A stretch of DNA of 64,000 nucleotides, taken from contig DAOUFM010000118.1 of NCBI GenBank assembly GCA_034429975.1, positions 18,570 to 82,569 of the forward strand, given 5' to 3'. The DNA is from Anaerolineaceae bacterium (GTDB lineage: Bacteria; Chloroflexota; Anaerolineae; Anaerolineales; Anaerolineaceae). The stretch's first letter is position 1; the number at the start of each line of letters is the position of its first letter. The position numbers were made by a program, and so were the translations under genes. The notes below the pieces were generated by a model. It did not search any database and was not told the origin of the DNA. It saw nothing but the letters and a program-made list of their open reading frames with translations. This document shows positions 37,115 through 46,505 of this stretch, in pieces.

Positions 37115-37254
37115 ATAATAATCGTCTCATTAGCTGTATTTACCTTTATTCTTAAAATGAAAAAGTGTGTGGCTCAAGAATTAATAAGCGACACACTTTT
37201 TCTTTTTTCATCACTTTCCGAATATTCAAATTATCTTTCCAGAATGATTTTTTA

Positions 37255-37974
37255 TTATCCTCCCAGGTAAGCCTCTTTCACTTTCGGATTGCCTAGCAAT
37301 TCCACACCGGTTCCGGTTTGAGAAATGGTACCGGTCTCAAGAACATAACCCCGATTTGCCAACCGTAGAGCCATGTTGGCATTCTGTTCCACCAGCAAAA
37401 TGGTGGTGCCAGTCTGATTGATCTCCTGCAGAACCCTGAAAATTTCACGGACCAGCACCGGCGCCAATCCCATGGAGGGCTCATCCAACAGCATCATTTT
37501 TCCCCGGCTCATTAACGCCCGACCGACTGCCAGCATCTGCTGCTCACCACCGGACAGCGTGCCACCTAATTGTCCACGCCTTTCTTCCAGGCGGGGAAAA
37601 ATTTCAAAAACACGTTTGTAGTCTTTATCCAGTTCTGATTTGTCTTTTCGGCTCCAGGTGGCCAGTTTCAGGTTTTCCAAAACGGTCAGGTTTCCAAAGA
37701 TACCACGCCCTTCCGGAACCTGAGCAATTCCCATCCCAACAATTTTGTCGGCAGAAATAGCGTTCAGACTTTTCCCTTGATAGGTGACCGAGCCTTTATA
37801 GGGCACCAAACCGGAAATAGCACGCAAAGTAGAAGATTTTCCAGCTCCATTGGCGCCAATTAAAGTGACAATTTCGCCTTCATACACATCGAAGGAGATG
37901 CCTTTTACAGCCTTGATATTTCCATAGGAAATCGTTAATTCTTTGACGGATAAGGTGATCTCCGCTGAACTCAT
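37255..37974 (-). CDS. livF: Branched-chain amino acid ABC transporter ATP-binding protein
   Basis: GANGAGKSST, LSGGEQQML and LLDEPSMGLAP motifs. Confidence 0.9.
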   Translation of the reverse strand: MSSAEITLSVKELTISYGNIKAVKGISFDVYEGEIVTLIGANGAGKSSTLRAISGLVPYKGSVTYQGKSLNAISADKIVGMGIAQVPEGRGIFGNLTVLENLKLATWSRKDKSELDKDYKRVFEIFPRLEERRGQLGGTLSGGEQQMLAVGRALMSRGKMMLLDEPSMGLAPVLVREIFRVLQEINQTGTTILLVEQNANMALRLANRGYVLETGTISQTGTGVELLGNPKVKEAYLGG

Positions 37975-38738
37975 AGTTCACCTCCTTCTCCCAGATAGGC
38001 TTCAAGAACTTTTGGATTATTCTGAATTTCATGTGGCAGCCCTTCCGCCAGAGTAGCACCAAAATCCAGGACTTTTAAGCGCTCACAAACGCCCATCACC
38101 AACCTCATTTGATGTTCAATCAAGATGATGGTTAGTTTAAATTCTTTCCGAATCCAGGTAATAAACTCCATCAATTGCACGATTTCATTAGGGTTCATCC
38201 CGGCGGCTGGTTCGTCCAACAATAGAATTTTCGGATGGGTCGCCAGTGCACGAGCAATTTCCAACCGGCGTTGTGACCCATAAGGTAGATTCTTGGCGGC
38301 TTCATCCGCTAAATCCTGCAACTTGAACACCGCCAAAAGGTCCATCGAATCATTGGTGATACGGTGCTCCTCTTCTTTGTAACGCCCCATGTGAAACATT
38401 CCCTCTAATGGGTTGTAATCAGTTTGCGAATAATGCGCAATGCGTACATTATCCAGCACAGAAAGATCCCTAAAGAGTCGGATGTTCTGGAACGTTCTGG
38501 CGATACCCAAAGCGGTGATCTGGTTGGGAGTTTTTCCGACCAATTCAACGCCTTCCATGGTAATACTACCCTTTGAGGCTTTATAGACACCTGTTATCAG
38601 GTTGAAGACTGTTGTCTTACCGGCACCATTCGGGCCTATGATGCCCACCAGTTCAAAGGGTTGTAAATCAAGATTAAAGTTGGAGACCGCGCATAGTCCG
38701 CCAAAGTAGTGGGTTACTTCTTTAGCCTGCAGCAACAT
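37971..38738 (-). CDS. livG: Branched-chain amino acid ABC transporter ATP-binding protein
   Basis: GPNGAGKTT and LLLDEPAAGMNP motifs. ATG 38738 has a GGAGG SD at 38749..38745; the track start is at 38777. Confidence 0.9.
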   Translation of the reverse strand: MLLQAKEVTHYFGGLCAVSNFNLDLQPFELVGIIGPNGAGKTTVFNLITGVYKASKGSITMEGVELVGKTPNQITALGIARTFQNIRLFRDLSVLDNVRIAHYSQTDYNPLEGMFHMGRYKEEEHRITNDSMDLLAVFKLQDLADEAAKNLPYGSQRRLEIARALATHPKILLLDEPAAGMNPNEIVQLMEFITWIRKEFKLTIILIEHQMRLVMGVCERLKVLDFGATLAEGLPHEIQNNPKVLEAYLGEGGEL

Positions 38739-39777
38739 CTTCAGCCTCCTTTTTCTTGCGCCATAACTTGCTGGCAATCAGGTCATATCCGGGGATAAAC
38801 CAGCGGAATTCCTTCAAGCCCATAATACCCCGTGGCCGGTAAATCATCAGCAATACCAACACCAAGGGCATTAAGACCATCCGCCACATGCCCAACGGGC
38901 GTAACACCTCCAGCAAAACCGTAAAAATAACCGCCCCAATCATCGAACCGGCAATCGATCCAATTCCACCCAGGTAGACCATGATGAGAATGTCGGTTGA
39001 TTTTACGATATCGAACACCCGTGGGCTGATAAATTGGAGGACATGCGCAAACAACGCGCCCCCAATGCCTGCAAAGAAGGAGGAGAGGATAAAGGCCAAA
39101 AGTTTGGTTTGTTTCGTATTCACACTCATCAGGTCACTGGCAATTTCATCTTCTCGGATGGACAATACCCCGCGGCCATATTTCGAATAAACAAAATTTC
39201 GAATAACTGCAATCGTAATAACGACCCAGATAAATGTCCACGGTAAGGTAGTTAGTTTGGGAATGCCAGGAATACCGCGTGGCCCTCCAATCGCATCAAT
39301 GTTTTCAATCACAGATTTTACAATCATCAGGAACGCCAGCGTGACAATCGCCAGATAGTCTCCTCTGGTTTTGAAGGAAGGGATGGCGACTACCAACCCG
39401 ACCAGTGCCGCGCCGAGCCCGCCAGCGACTACAACCAACGGGAATAGCCAGGGAATCAACTTGTCGGGCAAAACAGCCGTTGTAAGCAATGCTGAAACAT
39501 ATGCTCCAACCGCCATAAACCCGGCATGACCAACAGAGAATTCGCCCATAAACCCGTTAATTAAATTTAGGCTGGTCGTCAAAATGATGTTAATTCCAAC
39601 ATAAATTATGATCAGAATTACATACTCATTTAATAATCTAAATTGTGGTATCGCAAAGGATAAGATCAATCCAATACCCAGCAAAATCGGTAATAGCTTG
39701 CGATTCGTAGCAATCTTTTCCCATTGCACTTTAAACCGTTCGATCCATGTTTGTAGTTGAGAAGAATTGGTTGTCAT
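38722..39777 (-). CDS. livM: Branched-chain amino acid ABC transporter permease
   Basis: 351-aa polytopic ORF in the conserved liv operon position. Confidence 0.85.
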   Translation of the reverse strand: MTTNSSQLQTWIERFKVQWEKIATNRKLLPILLGIGLILSFAIPQFRLLNEYVILIIIYVGINIILTTSLNLINGFMGEFSVGHAGFMAVGAYVSALLTTAVLPDKLIPWLFPLVVVAGGLGAALVGLVVAIPSFKTRGDYLAIVTLAFLMIVKSVIENIDAIGGPRGIPGIPKLTTLPWTFIWVVITIAVIRNFVYSKYGRGVLSIREDEIASDLMSVNTKQTKLLAFILSSFFAGIGGALFAHVLQFISPRVFDIVKSTDILIMVYLGGIGSIAGSMIGAVIFTVLLEVLRPLGMWRMVLMPLVLVLLMIYRPRGIMGLKEFRWFIPGYDLIASKLWRKKKEAEDVAAG

Positions 39778-39779
39778 GG

Positions 39780-40655
39780 CTACACCTTCTGTGGTCTTGG
39801 TTTTCCAAGGATACCGTACGGGCGAAAGATCAGTAAGATCAACAACAGAGTGAAGGCGACAAAATCGCGATAGGTGGAAGGCAGGAAGGCTGCCACCAAA
39901 ATTTCCACACCACCCAGGATAAATCCGCCGATCATCGCGCCGCGAATATTACCAATCCCCCCAACCACCGCAGCGATGAAGGCCTTCCACCCGATCAGGA
40001 TCCCCATATACGGGTCAATGACCGGAAAGGCCAATGCATACATCACCCCGGCTGCACCGCCTAAACTGGTTCCAATTGCAAAAGTTGCAGAGATCACCAG
40101 GTTCAATGGCACACCCATCAAGGGGACAATCGTTTTATCCCAGGAGATGGCGCGCATGGCCATTCCTACCATCGTCTTGCGGATAATATAATCCAATATA
40201 ATCAGCAAGATGATCGAAAGGATGATGATCAACACCTGCAGCGATGAAATGGAAACGCCGCCAACATTCCAGGTTATATTTTTTATTAAGGTGGGGACGT
40301 GCTGAGGGTAGGGGGCAAATACGAGCGTAAAATTTTCCAGAAAAATGCCCACTCCCAAAGCGGTAATAATCGCGGATACACGTGGCGCCTGGCGCAAAGG
40401 TTTATACGCAAAACGCTCGATCAACACACCCACAATCGCCACACCGATCATCGAAAGCAGCAGGGTAGGAACAAAAGGTAATCCCAGCGCCGTAGCAGCC
40501 AGGAAACAGAAAAAAGCTCCCACCATAAACAGATCGCCATGGGCAAAATTGATCATGGTTAAAATTCCATAAACCATGGTGTAACCCAAAGCAATCAACG
40601 CATAAATACTACCCAGTTGCAGGGCATTTAGAATTTGTTGAAAAAGATATGTCAT
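39780..40655 (-). CDS. livH: Branched-chain amino acid ABC transporter permease
   Basis: 291-aa polytopic ORF. MTYLFQQILNALQLGSIYALIALGYTMVYG is a typical LivH N-terminus. Confidence 0.88.
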   Translation of the reverse strand: MTYLFQQILNALQLGSIYALIALGYTMVYGILTMINFAHGDLFMVGAFFCFLAATALGLPFVPTLLLSMIGVAIVGVLIERFAYKPLRQAPRVSAIITALGVGIFLENFTLVFAPYPQHVPTLIKNITWNVGGVSISSLQVLIIILSIILLIILDYIIRKTMVGMAMRAISWDKTIVPLMGVPLNLVISATFAIGTSLGGAAGVMYALAFPVIDPYMGILIGWKAFIAAVVGGIGNIRGAMIGGFILGGVEILVAAFLPSTYRDFVAFTLLLILLIFRPYGILGKPRPQKV

Positions 40656-40669
40656 TGGATACCCCTGGG

Positions 40670-40710
40670 AAAAAAATCATCCGCAGGTGGAGATTTCACG
40701 CCTGCGGATG
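40670..40710 (-). terminator. Intra-operon attenuating terminator after the binding-protein gene
   Basis: CATCCGCAGG (40678-40687) pairs with CCTGCGGATG (40701-40710). On the minus strand it is followed by T7 (A7 at 40670-40676). Confidence 0.6.
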
Positions 40711-40725
40711 TTGATGAGAGAGAAT

Positions 40726-41898
40726 CTACGGGTTCGCGTTTGCAAACCAGACGAATTTATCGCCTTTCACCTGTAGGATCACCGCGCTCTTGATCGGGTC
40801 GCCTGAACCTTCTTTGAAGGCCATATTACCGGTTACCCCTTCGAAGTTGGAGATCTTGGTCATACCGTCACGCACCGCTTCGCGATCAATCTTGCCAGCA
40901 TTTTGCAGAGCCTGCCAGAGTAATCCAAAAGAATCAAACGTCAGAGCAGCAACATCATCCGGTGTAACGCCATATTTAGCGCTATACTCATTGATAAATT
41001 TTTTCGCATTTGGTGTAGCGGCATCCGCTGCATAATGAGTGCTGAAATAATAGCCTTCACAATCGGTGCCACACAGTGTGATCAGCTCAGAACTGCCCCA
41101 GGAATCGGACCCCAGGAAGGGCACATTGATGCCCAATTGATGCGCCTGTTGAATCTGCAGAGGGACTTCACTGTAATAATTCGGCAGGAAAATAACTTCC
41201 GGCCCGGCTTCTTTAATTTTGGTTAACTGAGCAGTGAAGTTCTTGTCGCCGGTGGTATAGGTCTCATAAGCCACGACTTTTCCACCATTCTCTTCATAAG
41301 TTTCTTTAAAGAATTCTGCAATTCCTTTGTTGTATTCTGAAGCAACATCAAACAAAACAGCAGCTTTTGTAGTTTTCAAATTATCCAGCGCAAATTTCGC
41401 AACCACACGTCCCTGGAAAGGATCAATAAAAGCCGCCCGGAACACGTATTTCTTGGGTTCATCAGTCTTGGCATCCAGGGTGGTCTTTGGGCTGGTTGAC
41501 CAGGGGCTGATCAATACCACCTTTGAGCTTTCTGCTACTTCCGAAGCTGGGATGGCATAACGGCTGGCATTTGGCCCAATGATGGCAACGACGTTTTGTT
41601 GCGTGATCAGTTTTTGGGCTGCCGAAGCAGATTGATCAGCTTTGCCAGCATTATCTTCGATATATAACTCGACTTTATATTTCTTGCCGCCAACTTCCAG
41701 CCCGCCAGCATCATTGATTTCCTGAACCGCCATTTCTGCTGCATTCTTACAGGAAGCACCCACCGCTGGGATATCACCGGTTAATTCAGCAATGACACCC
41801 ACTTTGATGGTTTGCGCCTGGCCACCTGACTGGCCACATGCGCTTAATACCATACTTAAAATCAAAACCACGCCTAATAATAAGGCTATCTTTTTCAT
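40726..41898 (-). CDS. livK: Leu/Ile/Val-type ABC transporter substrate-binding lipoprotein
   Basis: Lipobox LSMVLSAC, then a type I periplasmic-binding fold with KVGVIAELTGDIPAVG. Confidence 0.88.
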   Translation of the reverse strand: MKKIALLLGVVLILSMVLSACGQSGGQAQTIKVGVIAELTGDIPAVGASCKNAAEMAVQEINDAGGLEVGGKKYKVELYIEDNAGKADQSASAAQKLITQQNVVAIIGPNASRYAIPASEVAESSKVVLISPWSTSPKTTLDAKTDEPKKYVFRAAFIDPFQGRVVAKFALDNLKTTKAAVLFDVASEYNKGIAEFFKETYEENGGKVVAYETYTTGDKNFTAQLTKIKEAGPEVIFLPNYYSEVPLQIQQAHQLGINVPFLGSDSWGSSELITLCGTDCEGYYFSTHYAADAATPNAKKFINEYSAKYGVTPDDVAALTFDSFGLLWQALQNAGKIDREAVRDGMTKISNFEGVTGNMAFKEGSGDPIKSAVILQVKGDKFVWFANANP

Positions 41899-42024
41899 TT
41901 CTTATTCCTCCGTGAATTATTCAATTAGGGATTGGGTTGAGTAACAAAATAAAAATTGAGTTGGGGAAAGATATATCTACCGGAAGCAATCACCTCCATT
42001 CAATATAACCTAGTCTATCTTTTT

Positions 42025-42053
42025 ATATTACAGAAGTTATTTACTAATGTCAA
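42025..42053 (-). promoter_or_regulatory. Promoter TTGACA-17-TAATAT for the liv operon
   Basis: On the minus strand the -35 is at 42053..42048 and the -10 at 42030..42025. An inverted repeat TAGAAAT-N8-ATTTCTA (42055-42076) abuts the -35. Confidence 0.55.
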
Positions 42054-42124
42054 CTAGAAATTTGACATTATTTCTATCAGATTCATCAAGAATAGGATAT
42101 AGCTAAAAGCTATCAGGGGAAAGT

Positions 42125-42166
42125 AAAAAAGAAAAAGTCTGCCCCTCTAATTTTTATTAGAGGGGC
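42125..42166 (-). terminator. Rho-independent terminator of the AT-rich operon
   Basis: 11-bp perfect stem GCCCCTCTAAT (42141-42151) pairing with ATTAGAGGGGC (42156-42166). On the minus strand it is followed by a TTTTTCTTTTTT tract. Confidence 0.8.
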
Positions 42167-42247
42167 TTTGAAAAAGAGTAGGAAAAGATTGTTTGTAAAT
42201 TAGCCTTGATAATTAAAAATTAAATAAATATTTTTCTTTATTAAATC

Positions 42248-42556
42248 TTAATTTTTAACTTTCTGGTTTTCGGATGAATCTTGTTGGCCTTGTTCAAGAC
42301 TTGCTTTGAGAAAAACTTCTTTTGCCAATTGTAATCTTTCTTTTCCTTCAGTATTAATTCCAGCATTTTCTGCAGTAACTCGCCATAACTCTTCAGGATA
42401 AGCTAAGCTTAAACTGTAACTCCTCTCATAGTTTTCAAAGAAATCTCTCAAAAAATTGAAATCTTCATCAGAAATTATTTCTTTCTTCATTTCAACAACA
42501 AGATCATGGATTTCATTGGCGACTTGAATTAATTCTCTCTTTATGGATCTCTTCAT
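42248..42556 (-). CDS. 102-aa hypothetical protein (helical, acidic); no domain recognised
   Basis: Its start overlaps the upstream stop by 1 nt (TAATG). Very AT-rich. Confidence 0.6.
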   Translation of the reverse strand: MKRSIKRELIQVANEIHDLVVEMKKEIISDEDFNFLRDFFENYERSYSLSLAYPEELWRVTAENAGINTEGKERLQLAKEVFLKASLEQGQQDSSENQKVKN

Positions 42557-43389
42557 TATATAAAAAGCTCCTGCGGCAGCAAATTTGCTGCTAAATCAGG
42601 TAAATCCCACCAACTTTTATCAAGGATTTCTGAATTCCCATTTTCAGGAACCTCATTTTCAACAAATAAAACTTGCCAGGGATTGATTTGCATAGGATTA
42701 TTTGTCTGGTTACTCACTAAAGTAGTAAGGATTTCATGAACAATATTCTGTTTATCTTCTCCACTGCGAATTAGAATACTCGACAATTCAAGTATCGGAT
42801 TGGATAGAGAGGTATCATCATCTAATTCGCCACTGAATGACGCACCATTCAGGTTTCTTGATAGAACAATGGCAGGTGCTGTTTTTGTAAATAAGCAAAA
42901 AGTTCTAAGTAAGGAAGAATAAAACTGAAAGCATAATTGTGAGGAATAAGCATCTTCTGATAATTCGTTTTCATTGTGGTTATGGATACTGGTATTAATA
43001 ATTAAAGTATCCTGCTCCCAGAAGATATCAAGATTTCCAATGATGAAATCATTAGCCAGTTCTGTATCTCGTATTTCTTGTTGAGGAGCTCCTTTTTCAA
43101 AAACAAACTGATTTCTAAGATTTCTTTCCCTCTCAGAAAAAGAATTGTTATTAACTTCATCACCAGCAGGGTAGTATTTGATTAAAAAGTTTGCAACATT
43201 CTCGAGTTGAGATGGGAGTGAAAACAAATCAAAAACACCTGAAAAATTATGTAGCCAAAAATACCAACCTCTGTTTTTGGTAAGTCCACTCACCATTCTA
43301 AATCCAATTTGATCCCTAATTTTTTCATTAAAAATTGAATACAAAATGATATTATTTATTTTAGAAAGTATCTTATTGTTTTTATCCAT
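42556..43389 (-). CDS. 277-aa hypothetical protein; no domain recognised
   Basis: Long ORF in the lowest-G+C DNA of the window. AGGA SD. Coupled to the 102-aa gene. Confidence 0.65.
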   Translation of the reverse strand: MDKNNKILSKINNIILYSIFNEKIRDQIGFRMVSGLTKNRGWYFWLHNFSGVFDLFSLPSQLENVANFLIKYYPAGDEVNNNSFSERERNLRNQFVFEKGAPQQEIRDTELANDFIIGNLDIFWEQDTLIINTSIHNHNENELSEDAYSSQLCFQFYSSLLRTFCLFTKTAPAIVLSRNLNGASFSGELDDDTSLSNPILELSSILIRSGEDKQNIVHEILTTLVSNQTNNPMQINPWQVLFVENEVPENGNSEILDKSWWDLPDLAANLLPQELFI

Positions 43390-43408
43390 CGCAATCCTAT
43401 TTTTGTTT

Positions 43409-43444
43409 TATGCCTACAGAGGATGAAGCTCCTCTATAGGCATA
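43409..43444. other. 15-bp-stem hairpin between the MBL gene and the 277-aa gene
   Basis: TATGCCTACAGAGGA (43409-43423) pairs with TCCTCTATAGGCATA (43430-43444) with one mismatch. No U tract on either strand. Confidence 0.5.
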
Positions 43445-43467
43445 ATATCCGGATCTATCGGCTTTAA

Positions 43468-44613
43468 CTACCCAAAAACAATCGTGTCACCATTTCCAAG
43501 ATAATCAGCACACTTTGAACCAAACGAAGCGGTCCCTTTTATAACCGGGTAACCAGCCTCAACGAATTTGTGAGCGGTCAGGTTGCCTGTACAATGGTTA
43601 CAGCCAATTTTCTGGAAGCCATATTCTTTCAACCCAAACACTAAATCATCATAGCGTGGGTCCCAATCTTCAAATGGCGATATATGTAGTCCACCATATA
43701 CACCATAGGGGCGATCACCACCCTTGATCGTCGAATAACAGGCTTCAGCCATTTGTAAAATACCCTGATGGCAACAGCCTGTCACTTGAACGATACCATG
43801 ATCTTTTACATTGAAAAACAGAGATTGCTCTCCAAATACACGGCAAATTATTCCTACCGGGAAATAATAGCCGGCAGTTCCAGGAATTTGCTTTCCATTT
43901 TTATCGTGGACCGGGAAAAGATGGAATTTTTTTGATTGGGTTTCATATAACTTTCCTTTAAACCCAGATTGTTTAATAAATTCTTTTCCTTCGGGATAAT
44001 AATCTCCTCCAATGTACATATCAATATCATTCTTATATTTCATTGTTGCAGGTAAGCCCCAAAAATGATCAAAGTGCTCATGGCTCACGAAAAGATTATC
44101 GATTTCTCCGTTTTTAAGCATTTTGTCAACGCCTGTTTCCTGGAAGCGTTTATCAGTCCAATCAAAATTCCAGCCTGTATCCAAGAGAATGAATTTTCGA
44201 TCTCCATCTAGCAATTCTATATCTAAGAGAGCTGCAAATCCTCCTGCATTGTCTACATTCAAATCTCCGCGGGGATTACCTGGTTTCCCAGCTGGTGGCC
44301 ATGGATATTCCCACTGATTGACTAACAACCCACCCATGTCAGCAAAATCTTTTGTGAGCGTCGCATTATCAAACCAGCTTGTTTCACTAATACAAGTAAT
44401 GGTTAGCTTTTTAATTTCTCCAATATCTATATCACCCTTTTTTCTTTCCTCTAAAAATCTTTTTCGCCAGGGAGAAACAGAAAATGCACCCATTGTTCCG
44501 ACAAATCCGCCTACAGCGCCAACCCCCATCCATTGTAAGAAATTCCTTCTTGAAACTTCACCCTCATTCTTTTCATCAATAAGGATCTGATCATTTTTTT
44601 CTTTATTTTCCAT
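43468..44613 (-). CDS. Tat-exported MBL-fold metallo-hydrolase (COG1237-like)
   Basis: Twin-arginine signal SRRNFLQWMGVGAVGG. HxHxDH motif VSHEHFDHFWG, plus TGCCHQG, GGLHISP and GCNHCTG. ATG 44613 has a GGAGG SD; the track's TTG start at 44658 would overlap the miniprotein ORF. Confidence 0.8.
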   Translation of the reverse strand: MENKEKNDQILIDEKNEGEVSRRNFLQWMGVGAVGGFVGTMGAFSVSPWRKRFLEERKKGDIDIGEIKKLTITCISETSWFDNATLTKDFADMGGLLVNQWEYPWPPAGKPGNPRGDLNVDNAGGFAALLDIELLDGDRKFILLDTGWNFDWTDKRFQETGVDKMLKNGEIDNLFVSHEHFDHFWGLPATMKYKNDIDMYIGGDYYPEGKEFIKQSGFKGKLYETQSKKFHLFPVHDKNGKQIPGTAGYYFPVGIICRVFGEQSLFFNVKDHGIVQVTGCCHQGILQMAEACYSTIKGGDRPYGVYGGLHISPFEDWDPRYDDLVFGLKEYGFQKIGCNHCTGNLTAHKFVEAGYPVIKGTASFGSKCADYLGNGDTIVFG

Positions 44614-44639
44614 TTTTTTCCTCCAATCTTCATTCAACT

Positions 44640-44753
44640 CTAGGGAAAAATTTTCCAATTAGGAATAACCAGGAGAAAGAAAGCAAAGAATAAAATAGCG
44701 CCAAGGATTACTCCTACAATAACCCCTTTCCAGTTTACTTTAGATGTTTCCAT
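44640..44753 (-). CDS. 37-aa single-TM miniprotein (below the ORF-track cutoff)
   Basis: My translation is METSKVNWKGVIVGVILGAILFFAFFLLVIPNWKIFP. Its ATG overlaps the upstream TAA (TAATG) and GGAGGA lies 6 nt upstream. Confidence 0.5.
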   Translation of the reverse strand: METSKVNWKGVIVGVILGAILFFAFFLLVIPNWKIFP

Positions 44754-46057
44754 TATTTTTCCTCCACAATAGCAACCTTAATTTTTTTAAATCCAGGCCA
44801 GTTATCCATAAACCAATGATGGATCAACATCATGTTAATAAACCAAATGGTTGGCACCATCGGATATTGCATCGCATGCGCCATTTCCTGTTGTACACCC
44901 AGGTATAAATGCCCTGTTTTGTAGTAAAAGACATATACAGCAATTCCTAGAATAAATGTTACAACGGTTCTAATTGTCCAATTAACCGGTTTGCTGAATT
45001 TTTTCGGCCAGTTTCCACAATAAAAAGTAATAAACATTGCCGGCAACAAGAAAAACACCATTGTTTCCCCAACATGTAACCAGCGCCAACCTGGGTCAGC
45101 CATATAACGATCACCCAAAATAGCTGGCCCAAACGCTAATTCCTGCGCAAAATAAATTCCGAAGGCAAAGGCAAAGGCAATAACGATAATCCCGAAAAAG
45201 GTAACCAATCCCCTCAGCCCGGTACGTTTTATTTCTGAGAAGGGCCATCTTTCCCAGATAGTTTCGACCAACCAAACGACAACCGTACAACACATGATCC
45301 AGGCAATATGAAAATTCCCACTAACAGTTCCGGCAATATTCATCCACCAAGGAGGAGTAACTGCTGCAAAATATTGCCAGGGGAAATAAATAATTCCCAT
45401 ATGTGAATGCATAGTTGCCAGATAAATCATTGTGGCAATGAAAAAAGTAACTACCAGAACGGTAATTCCAAGAGCAGGTTGTTTCAATTTATCCCAGGGG
45501 CGGTTTTCAAATGCGACTGGCCATGCAGGGCTTAACCAAGAAGCCAAGGCAGCAAACATCAAACAAGCCAACGAGGCATATTCCATTGCAAAAAATTCGG
45601 TAATGCCTAATTCTGCCACCATTCGAGATGGGCTAAAATACGTGATTGCAAAATTACCCAAGAAACCAAAGAAAAAACCTCGAATCAGAATGAGCAAAAT
45701 TCCGGTCATTACCAGCGTCAAAACGATCCCTTTGATGATCGGATGAGTCCTTTCTAACCAGCTTCGCTTGAATGGCCAATAATGGAAAAGATAAACCATC
45801 CAGATAGCTATAATTAGAATCCAGCGGGTGTACATATATCCAACCTGAGGTGTGTATAAACGCAGAACACCTCGCGGGTCCATAAAGATCCACCAGGTTA
45901 CATAAAAAATAGCAGCCACAAACAAAAAACTCACAACCTGAGGCCATGGTGATCGCCAACGCCCGACCAGCTTTCGCTCTTCGAGATAGCCAGTACCAAA
46001 AGTCTCTTCAGATACAGAGGTTTCTTTTGCGCCGAGGGCAATATCGGCTGTACTCAT
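44753..46057 (-). CDS. 434-aa polytopic, Trp/His-rich membrane protein of unknown family
   Basis: About 11-12 hydrophobic segments. First gene of the operon, with an AAAGGAGAG SD. Confidence 0.75.
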   Translation of the reverse strand: MSTADIALGAKETSVSEETFGTGYLEERKLVGRWRSPWPQVVSFLFVAAIFYVTWWIFMDPRGVLRLYTPQVGYMYTRWILIIAIWMVYLFHYWPFKRSWLERTHPIIKGIVLTLVMTGILLILIRGFFFGFLGNFAITYFSPSRMVAELGITEFFAMEYASLACLMFAALASWLSPAWPVAFENRPWDKLKQPALGITVLVVTFFIATMIYLATMHSHMGIIYFPWQYFAAVTPPWWMNIAGTVSGNFHIAWIMCCTVVVWLVETIWERWPFSEIKRTGLRGLVTFFGIIVIAFAFAFGIYFAQELAFGPAILGDRYMADPGWRWLHVGETMVFFLLPAMFITFYCGNWPKKFSKPVNWTIRTVVTFILGIAVYVFYYKTGHLYLGVQQEMAHAMQYPMVPTIWFINMMLIHHWFMDNWPGFKKIKVAIVEEK

Positions 46058-46122
46058 AACAACTCTCCTTTCAAAAATTATTGGGGGGATTCCTGCTTTG
46101 AGAATTAGCAGTGCTTATCATG

Positions 46123-46150
46123 ATTGTAACACTAATAAAATATAATACAA
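46123..46150 (-). promoter_or_regulatory. Candidate promoter TTGTAT-16-TACAAT for the membrane/MBL operon
   Basis: On the minus strand the -35 is at 46150..46145 and the -10 at 46128..46123. The -10 overlaps the motif TGTAACACTAA (46125-46135), which recurs as TGTTACACTAA at 46434-46444. Confidence 0.4.
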
Positions 46151-46505
46151 CTAATAAATTAGTTATGTCCTAAATATAATGATATTATTCACATAATATA
46201 ATATGTGTTAAAATACATTTAAAGGTTGATAAAAACGCTTTTCTTATTCAATAAAAAAAACCGAAAGGATAATTTTTACGTATAATCGAAATTCATAAAC
46301 AGCTGACTTTAAGAAAAAGTAAAGCTTTTTGTTACTCTTACTTCACTTTTTTCTGCCTGAGTTCCAGCTGGAAAGGGTAAAATACGAAAGTTACTCAAAT
46401 TCGTCATTTTTTAGCATTGTTGCTTCGATTTAATGTTACACTAACTGAAAAAAGATGAAATAATAGCAGCATTACAATCAAACAGAGTAAGAACATCGAG
46501 GAATA

